DNA of 64,000 nt from Pavona decussata (taxonomy: Eukaryota). The position numbers and the translations under genes were made by a program. Below the pieces are notes generated by a model. That model saw only the letters and a program-made list of their open reading frames with translations, was not told the origin of the DNA and searched no databases. The stretch is from positions 62,001 to 126,000 of the forward strand of contig CDRNST010000257.1 of assembly GCA_977016875.1 (NCBI GenBank), read 5' to 3'. Below are positions 1-12,319 of this stretch, piece by piece (the stretch's first letter is position 1; each line of letters starts with the position of its first letter).

Positions 1-1606
1 GACGTAAAATTTGAGCGCTATGACGTGATCCGTTGTGACAGGACTGTTAATGGTAGAATTGGTGGGGGTGTTTGCTTTTATATTCGTTCGGACATAAATT
101 ATGTTGTCCACGAGGATTTGGATGATCACCTCCTGGAAATCTTATCCATAGAAATTCGTAACTGTTAACTGGTATTTTTCCTGATGAGTGGAAGTCTGCT
201 AGGGTTACCCCATTGTATAAAAATTCTGGAAAACGCAATGATCCCACTAACTATCAACCAATATCAGTAATCCCAGTCGTGGCTAAAATATTTGAGTGGG
301 TTGTGTATGACCAGGTATACCACTATCTTACTGAAAACTGTATTCTTTCTCGTTATCAATCCGGCTTTTGTTCTCTACTCTCTATGGTTACTGCATTACT
401 CGAAGCTATGGATAGTTGGGTTATGAATATTGATCACGGTTTTGTCAATGCTGTTGTTTTTCTAGATTTAAAAAAGGCTTTCAACACCGTCGACCACAAT
501 ATTCTATTAACAAAATTGCAATTCTATGGAATACGCGGTCTCTGTCACAAATGGTTTACGTCATATTCAAGCAATCGAACTTAAACTTGTCTAATGAACT
601 CCTTGATGTCCACTCCAAAATTAGTCAAATGTGGTGACCCCTAGGGAACAATTCTAGGATCCTTACTTTTTCTATTATATATTAATGACCTGCCTAATTG
701 TCTGTATTTTTCACAACCTAGAATGTATGCAGATGACACCAGCCTCATCTTCGCTAGCGCAGATTTAAAACATATTGATGACTGCCTTAACTATGATTTA
801 AACAGGATGTATACCTGGCTATCTGCCAATAAACTGTCCTTGAAATTACCAAAACTGAATTCATGTTAGTTGTGTTGAGACAGAAGTTATCAACATTCCC
901 TGAAATTCATTCTTTCACTATAAATGACCATCCAATGGAGCAGGTGTCATCCACGAAATCTCTTGGTGTGCACATCGACTAAAACATGAACTGGGAATGT
1001 CATATACAGAACATTTGTAAAAAGATTGCTTCTGCTTTGGGCGCAATTAAGCGAATAAGACATCTTATACCTTTTAACATATTAATTAATGTATATGACG
1101 CCGTAGTTCAACCACATTTTAATTACTGTAGTGTTGTTTGGGGCAACTGTGGCAATGGTCTTTCTGAAAAGCTTCAGAAGCTCCAAAATCGTGCAGCCCG
1201 TATTTTAATGTGTGCCAATTATGACTCTAACATCGATGAATTGTTCTGGGCACTGGGTTGACATAAACTAAAATACTAAAGATTGGAATCAGCTGCTATT
1301 ATGATGTACAAATCTTTACATGGAATGACCCCTGAATATCTGAGTTCTAGATTTGTTTCTCGAAACAACGTAACATCATATCGATTAAGGAAAACTGAAA
1401 ATAAATTGGCTCTTCCGCAGCCCCGCACCAATTATTTAAAAAAGAGTTTCTCTTAACACGGCATCCTTGTAAAGCAGCTTTTAGTATGTGGTTAATAGTA
1501 GTTTAGGTTAGTTTAGTTAGGTATGATTTTGGTTATCTTTTTTTTTTTTCAATGTTCGCTGAAGGACTCACCGTGTCTAAATAAAGTTACCTTACCTTAC
1601 CTTACC
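1..1606 (+). mobile_element. Degenerate CR1/L2-group LINE (APE fragment + reverse transcriptase), copy 1
   Basis: APE-like peptide at 1-163 (YDVIRCDR..GGGVCFYIR) is joined by an internal deletion to RT motifs: YQPISVIP, QSGF, VFLDLKKAF, ILGSLLFLLYIND and MYADDT (~723). Many stops and frameshifts. Ends in AATAAA + (CTTAC)n at ~1580-1606. Confidence 0.9.
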
Positions 1607-3784
1607 AATACCCTATGTTATTTGATGCCTCAGATTCACTGTTCAGCAATTGATTGTATGCCAAAAAGTGTATCGGAAGAAATGGGATTGAAGAGAAAGG
1701 GGGGGCATTTATAGTTTAAAAGCCATGTGTTCCAGAAAAAGAAGTTCTTAAGGGCAAAGTGATGAGAGGGATGGTACAAAACGCAGACTGGTTGACAAAA
1801 TTTTGAAAGAAAGAGAAAGCAGGAAAAAGAGGAAGCTTACAAATACAAGAACCAGTACAAGTTCATTTACTACCACCAAAGAGACATGTCCAACAACCAA
1901 GCCACCCAAAACTAGGCGAATTTCATTAGGACTTATGAAGTTTGACAAAGCTAAGAGCAAATTTGTGAGCGTGCGTTACTGTACAGGTGGCGGAAGCCGT
2001 TCCTTAGATGTACCCATTCACATGACAAAGCAATAGTTGATTGAACAAAGCAAGCAAATATTTTTTCCAGATGGTGATTCACCTATAGGAAGGGCATTTG
2101 CTTTAAAAGTGAAATTATTGACAACGTCAAAGGCAGTGATTGATGTCCACTCCAAAATTAGTCAAATGTGGTGACCCCTAGGGAACAATTCTAGGATCCT
2201 TACTTTTTGTATTATATATTAATGACCTGCCTAATTGTCTGTATTTTTCACAACCTAGAATGTAGGCAGATGACACCAGCCTCATCTTCGCTAGCGCAGA
2301 TTTAAAACATATTGATGACTGCCTTAACTATGATTTAAACAGGATGTATACATGGCTATCTGCCAATAAACTGTCCTTGAATTTAACAAAAACTGAATTC
2401 ATGTTAGTTGTGTTGAGACAGAAGTTATCAACATTCCCTGAAATTCATTCTTTCACTATAAATGACCATCCAATGGAGCAGGTGTCATCCACGAAATCTC
2501 TTGGTGTGCACATCGACTAAAACATGAACTGGGAATGTCATATACAGAACATTTGTAAAAAGATTGCTTCTGCTTTGGGCGCAATTAAGCGAATAAGACA
2601 TCTTATACCTTTTAACATATTAATTAATGTATATGACGCCGTAGTTCAACCACATTTTAATTACTGTAGTGTTGTTTGGGGCAACTGTGGCAATGGTCTT
2701 TCTGAAAAGCTTCAGAAGCTCCAAAATCGTGCAGCCCGTATTTTAATGTGTGCCAATTATGACTCTAACATCGATGAATTGTTCTGGGCACTGGGTTGAC
2801 ATAAACTAAAATACTAAAGATTGGAATCAGCTGCTATTATGATGTACAAATCTTTACATGGAATGACCCCTGAATATCTGAGTTCTAGATTTGTTTCTCG
2901 AAACAACGTAACATCATATCGATTAAGGAAAACTGAAAATAAATTGGCTCTTCCGCAGCCCCGCACCAATTATTTAAAAAAGAGTTTCTCTTAAAGTGGA
3001 GCCGGGTTGTGGAACAGCTTACCTAGTGACCTTCGTGCAGCAACATCTTTACATGATTTTAAATTTAATCTACGTCACCACAGTTTTGAATGAGTTTTAA
3101 CACGGCATCCTTGTAAAGCAGCTTTTAGTATGTGGTTAATAGTAGTTTAGGTTAGTTTAGTTAGGTATGATTTTGGTTATCTTTTTTTTTTTTCAATGTT
3201 CGCTGAAGGACTCACCGTGTCTAAATAAAGTTACCTTACCTTACCTTACCAATACCCTATGTTATTTGATGCCTCAGATTCACTGTTCAGCAATTGATTG
3301 TATGCCAAAAAGTGTATCGGAAGAAATGGGATTGAAGAGAAAGGGGGGGGCATTTATAGTTTAAAAGCCATGTGTTCCAGAAAAAGAAGTTCTTAAGGGC
3401 AAAGTGATGAGAGGGATGGTACAAAACGCAGACTGGTTACAAAATTTTGAAAGAAAGAGAAAGCAGGAAAAAGAGGAAGCTTACAAATACAAGAACCAGT
3501 ACAAGTTCATTTACTACCACCAAAGAGACATGTCCAACAACCAAGCCACCCAAAACTAGGCGAATTTCATTAGGACTTATGAAGTTTGACAAAGCTAAGA
3601 GCAAATTTGTGAGCGTGCGTTACTGTACAGGTGGCGGAAGCCGTTCCTTAGATGTACCCATTCACATGACAAAGCAATAGTTGATTGAACAAAGCAAGCA
3701 AATATTTTTTCCAGATGGTGATTCACCTATAGGAAGGGCATTTGCTTTAAAAGTGAAATTATTGACAACGTCAAAGGCAGTGAT
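603..3784. repeat. Tandem duplication: 603-2139 repeated at 2140-3784
   Basis: Near-identical sequence and duplicated ORFs (986/2524, 1523/3167, 1803/3447). Junction ...GGCAGTGA|TTGATGTCC shows TGAT microhomology. Copy 1 lacks 106 bp lying between two TTAA motifs (2991-3100 in copy 2). Confidence 0.95.
2140..3250 (+). mobile_element. Duplicated 3' half of the CR1/L2-group LINE (copy 2)
   Basis: Same RT C-terminal sequence and (CTTAC)n tail as copy 1. The Tyr codon of YADD is mutated to TAG at ~2263. Confidence 0.9.
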
Positions 3785-4502
3785 GGACAAGAAGTACCAT
3801 TCACTGTTCAAGGGTATTTTGAATGTTTCAAGCTGTCAAGAGTCCAGCTGTACCTCACTTGCGAACCATATGAACCTTCTGATGATGATGTACTTTTGAC
3901 TAGCGTGTTTGAGCCTTCAACAAGTGATAGTAAAATTTCCCGACAAAGCAAGGGCAAGATGTGGCGCCAACATCTGACAGGGCAAATTAAAAATGAAAGA
4001 AAACTGTGGAGTGAACTAGAAGCAAAGGAAGATCTAGAAGGAGAAATCACGAAAGTATCAAATCTGGGGGAAATACGAAGTGGAAGGGAAGCTACAGTTC
4101 CAGAGGAGCCAGGAGGTGATTCTTCAGCAGTGCATATAGTGATACAGCATCCCTCTCACGGAAGAGTTAAGCGCTGCTTCTTGAGATCAAAAAAGATCAG
4201 GGCTGTGTATGATTGGGTAGGCTCCCTAGAACTTTATCCGCCATAGTTCCGACTGTACGTGCAGCCTGTTAAGCCAATGTTGCCTGAAGAGGGTGTCTGT
4301 GGGTATAAAGGTGTTGTTTTCTACATGAGACCTTCGAAGAAAGCATTGCCCTTGTCAATTTTTTTCCCCAGAGGTCAGCTTCAAAGGGTTTGGTTCTTTT
4401 GCTAGTGAAGACGTCACGGATGACCTGCAATCTCAAAGTCCATCACTTCTGACCGTTTGCTGACGTTTTACCTTACCAGATTATGGAACTGGATGACACA
4501 AG
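3278..4502 (+). pseudogene. Degenerate N-terminal part of a G2E3-like (HECT-family) gene with a UBX-like ubiquitin-fold domain; probable transposon cargo
   Basis: Splice acceptor ...CCTCAG before 3278. Frameshifted peptides DCMPKSV..EMGLKRKG and RRISLGLMKF..FVSVRY.TGGGSRSLDVP..QIFFPDGDSP, then VHIVIQHPSHGRVKRCF..KIRAVYDWVGSL (UBX-like). Possible later exon at 5970-6016. No HECT domain is visible for this copy, so the family assignment is recalled, not searched. Confidence 0.5.
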
Positions 4503-4856
4503 GTGTGCCCAGTTTTGCCTTTTGGGCGTGTCCAAAAACCAAAGGCAAGCTTTCATCTGAGCTTGTACAATAATGGAATTTAACTCGACACTCAATGTTG
4601 GCAAACTAACAATAACTGAAAATGTAATAAGCACACTTTTTTGGTATTAGCGAGTTGCACCCATTTCAGATTCATTAGCTCCTTAATTATCAAGTAAAAG
4701 TAATAAGCATTTTGAATGTAAGGTCTGACTTGCTGCTTACCACCTGAGAAAATCTTAATAATTTATTGTTTGGCGCATTGAAAAAAGCATGAAAATAATT
4801 TACAAGGTTAAAAATTAACCTGCTACATGACAGGGTTGCGAGTGGTGTATGTTAAA

Positions 4857-4996
4857 TATATCAAACACGAGGAAGAGTGTTTCATCAGATATCCAAACAC
4901 TGAGAAGTAGGTTGAAGAAACAAGGCGCAGCCGAGTTTTTTTATACAACTTCGAGGTGTGGATATCTAATGAAACACACTTTCGAGTGTTTGATAT
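4857..4996. mobile_element. Palindromic (foldback) non-autonomous element end, Crypton-like MITE
   Basis: Arms ATATCAAACAC..GTGTTTCATCAGATATCCA / TGGATATCTAATGAAACAC..GTGTTTGATAT. Central GGC-GCA-GCC-GAGT at 4924-4936. Confidence 0.55.
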
Positions 4997-6710
4997 GGCT
5001 TCTCAAATGATCAATAATTCTTGGAGAAATTCAAGGCTAAAATTGGCAAAATTTTATGGTAATTAGGATCACAAATCCAAACCACGATCACAGTAGTGAT
5101 TTTCTTTGTTTTCTCTTGATGAATTATTAATGAATTTGGGAATTGCTCTTTCCAATCAAGAGAGGCAATCCAATCCTAACTGCAAATACTCATAGTATTC
5201 GCTGCTCCACTAAGATGAGTAAAGGCAGCTGGGCTTGTGTAATAAAACTATACATTATAGTTTCAATTTGGCTATGTACTTTTACTCAGAAGTCGAACAG
5301 TGGTTCAGCAACCAGACAGCACAGCAGCACAGGGGGATGATAATCAAGAGGTACAACAATGACTTCCTTTCTTATGCTTTGCTGTCACTAATGCAATCAA
5401 GCTTAAATGAATGGGTAGAATTTCATGTACAAGAGAAATTGGCAAATTATCAAGCACTTTCACATATTGAGTGCAGTATTTTTGTTCCTTATAAATTTCA
5501 GACAGTACATGAAGAGCATAATTAAAGAGCTTCAAGGACAAGTCCTGGTTACCGCTTCAGACAAGAATATTTGAGACAATTTGACACAGAGATGAGGTTG
5601 GGGGAAGAAGCACAAGACATTGCGCTTGTAGGTTTATCTTTCACTTTCTTAACTGCTGTTATCTTCATTTGTGTGCAATACGCTATAATCAAGTAGATAG
5701 TTGCTGACATCAGTGAGTAATCAGTGATGTAGCAAAGAGTTATAAATGCCCCTTGCAATTTTTTGGTGTTCAGTTATTCATTATTCATTATCGGCAGAAC
5801 TAAATTACCTGTTGATTGTGGATTGATACCATTGATCATTGAATAGTTATTCCTCGAAAGACAATAAAGTCAAACGCAATCATCAGATGCATGCATCAGT
5901 TATTTTGCATGTTGTAAAGTTATAAGTAGCCATCAATGTTGACATTCCAGATGTTTCTTTTCTTTAGGACACCGATCAAGGTGGGGGAGAGAGTGCCCTT
6001 TATATGGGAAGTCCAGGTAAGCATACACTCTACCCAAATCATAACCAAAAGTTTGAAACAGCAAATTAGAAAAATGTTTTATTCCTTTACCCCCTCTTTT
6101 ATTTTCATTCAGTCAGGTTGAGAAAGTTGTGACTGATATATTTACTTCTTTTTGAAGGGAACTTTTGACATTTTTCTCGACCTTGTGTTTTGCACAATTT
6201 GCGTTGCCATTATGTGACACTTGTTTTTATGTAATTTTCTTGGAGCGGAAATGTTTTTTGTCCCCATGTGGGAGACGACTTTCCCGTGCGCTTGCGTGAT
6301 TTCCCGCTCAACCAGCCCTGACAGAAATAAGGGACTGCTCAAAGTCTATGAGCGTCAGCCGGTTTGAAGAAAGTGGAGCAACATCACCTTTCATAGAAAT
6401 AAGGAAAGTTATACATTTCAAACATCTAAAAACTAACTTTTTTATGGCCAGGGAAGAATGTGACTGAAGACTGAAAACGAGTTCATCATTTGATTGACAA
6501 GGATCTGGCACTAGGAAAACAAAATGAGAAAACAAAACAAAGCAAGGAAAACTTTAATTCCATATTGAAATTTTAGTTAATCCAAGTTGATCCAACCTGG
6601 ACTAGGTGATCTGGTCTGGTCCCATCCTATCCAAGTAGATCTGGTCTGATTTTTTTACCTGCCTGAAGGAAATTTAAATTTCTGATGCCATTTTGCCAAA
6701 ATTAATATTT

Positions 6711-7472
6711 AACAAATAGATTCCATTTTGCCGTGCGTCTGTACTCTGATAACGCACAGATGACGTCAAAACGTGGTGAGAACAAAGAAGTACGCTACGA
6801 GCCGCAGGCGAGTAGCATGACTGATGTTCTCACCACGTTTTGACGTCCTCTGTGCGTTATCAGAGTACAGACCCACGGCAAAATGGAATCTATTTGTTTT
6901 ATACAATAACCAAGACATTTCAACACATTTCGTGAGCGAGCATCGCGTTGCCTTAGCTGAGTCAAAAACAGCTGCACACATGCAATTGTGATCTTCCAAA
7001 TTAGAGTATAATCCAAAAGAATTTCACTAACAATATTTTCAAAACTAACCTTTATTCCAGAAGGAAATCCTGACACCAAAATATTACAGCATGTAAGTCG
7101 CTTCACTGCGATTTGTAATTGATTACTCGCCATTACCGGATTTCTATCGGCGACATATTTCGACAAATATTTGCTTCCTTTTCACCTCACAACAAAGTTC
7201 TAGCTTTCCTATCCTGGTTGAGGCCACTCTCAACAGTCTTTGTCCAATTTTTTATTGGACAGTTTTCCTTTCCTGAGAAAATTTGCCTGTGTTTGTCCGC
7301 TACTCGCAAATACAGTTTGCAAAACTTTGTTGACCAGTCGCTCTTGCTGGACTCTAGACTCTGATCACGTGCGCCGGTCACACCACTCGATGACGTCAGT
7401 CGTGCGTCTATACTCTAATCACACACTCCTCTAGACCAATCAAAACGCGAGTTTTACACAGTTCATTGTATA
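6711..7472. mobile_element. Foldback element: ~190-bp hairpin (6711-6898) plus an adjacent segment bounded by short inverted repeats, Crypton-like MITE
   Basis: Near-perfect arms AACAAATAGATTCCATTTTGCCGTG... / ...CACGGCAAAATGGAATCTATTTGTT. Central GCC-GCA-GGC-GAGT at 6801-6813. TTATACAAT...ATTGTATAA bounds 6899-7472. Confidence 0.6.
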
Positions 7473-7923
7473 AATGTTGATAGTTTCTTGCAGAACCATC
7501 TTTATAGATGGAAATGCTGACCAGTTGTTTTCCAGGTTGTTGGTTTTCTTGTTTGTTTCTTTTTTGCGTGTAGTCGAAACATTGTAGTTTCAGTTGTTCC
7601 TGTTTCCGCTGTTTGGTGGCTGTTAACTTTCAATTGTTAGATAAAAGGCCTGTCTTTACAGTTGTTAAATTTTGTAGCCTAAACCTCAACGCGGACTCAA
7701 GATTGGGATCTGGCAGCCTTTCTTACAACCTAAACTAACCGTTACATAATACATATACTTAAGATTGATCGGATCATAAATAATACACTAGTTCAAACAA
7801 TAGCCCACAGTAACAATTCCATTTTTTATAACAGATCATAAGATAACATAATCCCTATAACGATAACACGACAACAAAAACTGACAAGGCTGCCCTGGCG
7901 TGGGTGGGTGGGCAAATTTTTTT

Positions 7924-8600
7924 TACCACTAAGGCCTAACTGCAGACTGCTATAGCTTAATATAAGTTGCTGTAGCCCGATGCTGTTTGTGCTACAGCTT
8001 ACATTGAATGAGAATATGGTTGACTAAGTCCGTATCATATACAGATCTTGAAACTTGTGTCCATATGATTGGCTAACCTTACCGATCACCCGACGTTTTT
8101 CTGCAATTCTGGCACGCAATCTCTCTTCGTTCTGCTGTCGCCAAAGGGCCTGTTCCTCCATCTCGAGGAACAGGCCCTTTGGCCCTCCTTTAACTCCTCC
8201 GCTAGCAAGGCCATTATGTCCCCTACTTTGTCCAGAGGTGCATCATCAACTTCTTTCCTCGGGGAGCTCTTCTCATACCCATCACAAAACTTTGAAACAA
8301 TGCCCCAATGGTGTTCTTAAAGTGCTGTTTTGAACCCAATGCACTTCGCTACTCGTTTAGATGCATGATCCAAATCTTGAACAGAACTGTTTTGGCTCAT
8401 AATTCAAAAGGCTAACTGCTGACTGTATAAATTCAAATTTTGTACCACTAAGGCCTAACTGCAGACTGCTTTAGCTTAATATAAGTTGCTGTAGCCCGAT
8501 GCTGTTCGTGCTACAGCTTACATTGAATGAGAATATGGTTGACTAAGCCCGGATCATATACAGATCTTGAAACTTGTGTCCATATGATTGGCTAACCTTA
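7924..8600. repeat. Pair of 158-bp direct repeats (7924-8081, 8443-8600) flanking ~360 bp
   Basis: TACCACTAAGGCCTAACTGCAG...GATTGGCTAACCTTA occurs twice with only a few substitutions. Confidence 0.9.
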
Positions 8601-9188
8601 ATCTTGTGATTATCATGCTGCATACCTAGAATTTTAGGTCACTGGCTTGTGACCCACATGCACATTCATAACTAGTGATTAGCCTGATAGGTCGTGATAA
8701 GGCCCCCAGGTCCCACACCCTGTCGACAGGTTGTTGTCTAGACTTATATTAATAACGAGTTATCAATGTTCACTATAACAAGAAGTAATAAGAGATTCAG
8801 GATGTGCACAGTTGACATTACCCACAAATATATCTATTTCGTCTTTCTGAGCTTACGATATCAAGATAAATGAACCGGCATAATTCCCCTGTCGACTTTA
8901 ATCATTTCCTTTCGGGTTCTGGTTCTTCAGTTGGTATTTTTCTTTCGTTATAGACACTAGAATTATGATAAATTAACATGCCCTCCAATGAATAGCTAAA
9001 GCCATCGCACTGAGCACACATTACACAACAACTACCCTAAGAGAGAAACTAAGAATTTTAGTCGAAATTTAGTATTGTTTCATTCATGCATGACGGGAAC
9101 CCCAAACAATCGTCAATTTGTATCCTATCAGCGGGATTATCAATTCCAATCAGTGAGTCCACAAGTACCCCACGTTCTATGAATGAAA

Positions 9189-9467
9189 TAGGCCGTGATG
9201 TTTGCACAAGTATTTTAATTTGAGCGTCATGACGACCATTGCGTACAGCAAAATTATAAGGATTTGTATGAAAAAAAAGATTTCTACTTCAATTTAAAAA
9301 TACCAACGAATTTTCAGGCAGGAATCTTTTTTTTTGTCGAAAATTCATTGGTATTTTTAAATTGAAGCAGGAGTCGTTTTCCCCCATACAAATCCTTATA
9401 ATTTCATCGTTACACTATAGTCGCCGCGATGCTCAAATTACAATACTCACGCAAAGGTCATGGCCTA
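9189..9467. mobile_element. Fully palindromic MITE
   Basis: TAGGCCGTGA...TCATGGCCTA. Long arms (AAATTATAAGGATTTGTATG..CTTCAATTTAAAAATACCAA / TTGGTATTTTTAAATTGAAG..CATACAAATCCTTATAATTT) centred near 9325. Confidence 0.75.
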
Positions 9468-9785
9468 CCATTTTTATTCGATTAACCGCACTGGGCGCTT
9501 ATAATTTTCCTAACATTTTCAGCAAGCAAGGACATTTTGAAAGAATTGCAAAAGAAGGCATAACAAGTTAATTTCGTTTCACCAAGACACAACAAAGTGG
9601 AACGCTATGATAACGAAGGCATAAACAATATAATAGTTCGTTTGACCACCGTATCTAAACACAACTGATGCTCGCAGTCGGTTTTTTTATTGGGAGTGGA
9701 GTGGGAGTGGGCGCTTATTAACTTTTTAAACTTTTCAGGGTGGGCGCTTATTCGAGGGTGGAAGCTTTATCGAATAAATACGGTA
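9466..9785. mobile_element. Tc1/mariner(pogo)-type MITE
   Basis: TA-CCAT.TTTATTCGAT ... ATCGAATAAATACGG-TA, with internal GGGCGCTTAT repeats. Confidence 0.65.
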
Positions 9786-10580
9786 TATCTCTCATGGAGC
9801 TTGGGGTACCTGTGGTGAGTCATGGGAGGCCCATAGTGAGCCACAATCTTGGACAAATCTCGGTAAGCAAAACACGAGTCGTGTGCTTTCCACTGTCTTC
9901 CTGGGAAGAGAGGCAGTAGAAAACACTCCCTTGTCTCCTCTCCCTCCCCAGCAAAACAAACGGAATGCTGCTCTCCATTTCTTTGGAAGGTATGCCAAAT
10001 TACAAACATTGACTAGCAACGGTAAATGCTAAAATGCCAAATTACAAACATCGACTAATGACGGTCAATGCTAAAAGGCAATTTACATAAAATTAAACCG
10101 AACCTTGCCCTTAAAACCTTGAAGAAATGTTAACAAAGCGTTTAACTCATTTAGCTTAGCCCGGTTATCAACATATCTTATTATTATGATATAGATCTCG
10201 ATGGAATACCAGAATTTCTACCATCTCTAAAATATAAACTTTCATCTCATTTATCAGCTTTCACGTGTGGAGATATTGATGTTGCGATAGTTACCGTCAA
10301 ATCAACAAATCGTCATAATCTTGCTCTTCATCTTCCATCGAGATGTATGTAATAAACAGATAGTGTTGATAGTATCTCTTACTGGTTCGCTTTGCAAATG
10401 AGCGGCCATGTAATATCCATTATATATCATACAGAAAATGATAAACCAGACTAAAACGGCATTGAAAAATCCTTCACTTTTGATGAAATGGAACCTATTC
10501 GTAGTTTCTGTAAAACATGACTGACTGAGCTTTCTTCCGGAACATTCTTCCCTGATGTATGCAACAAAACAAAACAAATT

Positions 10581-12317
10581 TTACACGTTATGTATATGGT
10601 GAACTAGTTCCACATACAAGGACAGAGCTTCATCTGTGTTTCTTGGCAGCTGTAAGTTGTTTTCTTCTATAATGAGTTCTGCTAAACTTTCAAACAAAAG
10701 ACAACCAAAAGGATGTTGTCAGGTACCACAGAGATTTTCTGCAACATCTAAATCACTTTCATCAGCGAAAACCTTGTAATGTGTAGTGTTCGATTCTTCA
10801 GGGAGTAAAAACAAAACGTCAGGTCTCCTGGCAGGTGTCTCTCCATTCGATGGCCTTATTCTATGCAAATTCCAGAGTTGTGACTCTCTATGCAATTCCT
10901 CTTGAATTAAGCTCGTAAAGCAAAACCTTAAGCACTCAACGTGGATGACATTGCTATTGTCATACTGCCCTAAGGCTGTTAAATCTTTGAAAAAACTCAT
11001 CTACCAGTGTGTGTTACTTTTCCTGAGGAAGGCCCACCAAGCATCAATCCTTTGGTTGGCTACATATTTGCCATACAAAAAGCTCTTTTCTCCAGCTAAG
11101 TTGTCTTGACAGTTTCATCTAAGAAATCACTGGACCACAGCGATGTGTATGTTTTCAGTCCCACAGTCACCTCGTACTACCCGAGGACAGCCGCCTAACT
11201 GCTGCACGCAATCGAGGTACAGTAATAGCCCACGTATAAGAACCTGAATTTTTTCAATTTAGCCTAAATAGGTTCTTATATAAATGGTACTTAAAGCAAA
11301 TTTAGGCTACCAAGGTTCTTAAAATAGGTTCTTATATTTTCATACGAATTTCATCTGAATATACTATATATATTGTAAATATCATCTCATAATACAGTAT
11401 AATGGCAAACAAAATAGACATGCATACAACATGGTACTTAAGCTTGAAAGAAAAAAAGTAATGTCAAGGTACTTTCAAATAGATGATGTTCTTAACTCAG
11501 CAGTTTCTACCTATACACTTTCACAGCAACCCCACTGATAAGAACCTAACGTAAAATTTTAGCCTAAATAGGTTCTTACGTGGAGGGGGCTTAAAATGAA
11601 AGTTTAGCCTAACAGGTTCTTAAAACCCAGGTTCTTATATGCGGGCTATCACTGTAGTATTGTACCATTACCATTGGATCATTGTTTGAGGGACCAACCT
11701 CCAGCCACAAGATGTGACGACTGTAGCCGTCAATAGCACCGTGAATGCAAAACCCGCAGGGCTTTAGCTTGTCATAGCCATCCATATGCCATATGAAGTT
11801 AGGCCCTGCTACCACGTAAATCGTTTCTTCGATGGTAACTCGATGCCATCAGGATCTAGTTTCTTCACTATTCGTCATAACGTGTCTCGATCAATCACGA
11901 TCCCCTGGTCATTTAGTAGATGCTGGTGCATTTGTCGATAGCCAATGCAACTTGCACTTCTTTGCAACTCTTGGTCTACTGCATTTACTACTCTTTTAAT
12001 TCTAGACTGATTCCTTCTTCGCCGAAGCTCTCAAGACCTAAGAAGCCTTTTTAGCTGAAGTAGACTTAAGTGAACACTGTGACAACACAGCAAAAAAGAC
12101 ATAATCTCGGGGTACTTAAAACCGAGTAATTTCGTTCATGGTTGCCATCTATATTCCTAACGGTTGGCAGATAATCTGGAAGAGCCCAGCCATCTGAAAA
12201 TTTCAGTAAAACGAAAAGAGTGGTCAAAGAGAAATGCACACGGGTGTAGTTACCAACCATCTTTTCCCACTGATCAAGAGTCAACACATACACCTGCACG
12301 CATGTCCATGTAACCAA
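10581..12317 (-). pseudogene. IS3/IS481-like (IS3EU-type) DDE transposase pseudogene no. 1
   Basis: GPNFIWHMDGYDKLKP.GFCIHGAIDGYSR (D1), CPRVVRGDCGTEN (D2, after removing the MITE), NQRIDAWW (E position is D here) and WNLHRIR. Stops and frameshifts. Interrupted by the MITE at 11220-11654. Confidence 0.85.
11220..11654. mobile_element. Tc1/mariner-type MITE inserted in transposase 1
   Basis: TIR CAGTAATAGCCCACGTATAAGAACCTG / CAGGTTCTTATATGCGGGCTATCACTG. TA duplicated at 11218-19 and 11655-56. Removing it restores the reading frame QYYLDCVQQLGGCPR. Confidence 0.9.
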
Positions 12318-12319
12318 AC

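Noticed and set aside
1498-1522. Telomere-like TTAGG repeats
   Set aside because: Only a short irregular (TTAG/TTTAG) tract inside the LINE 3' UTR.
9767-10019. Protein-coding exon or transposase tail
   Set aside because: Cys/His-containing frames are present, but there is no motif I can assign.
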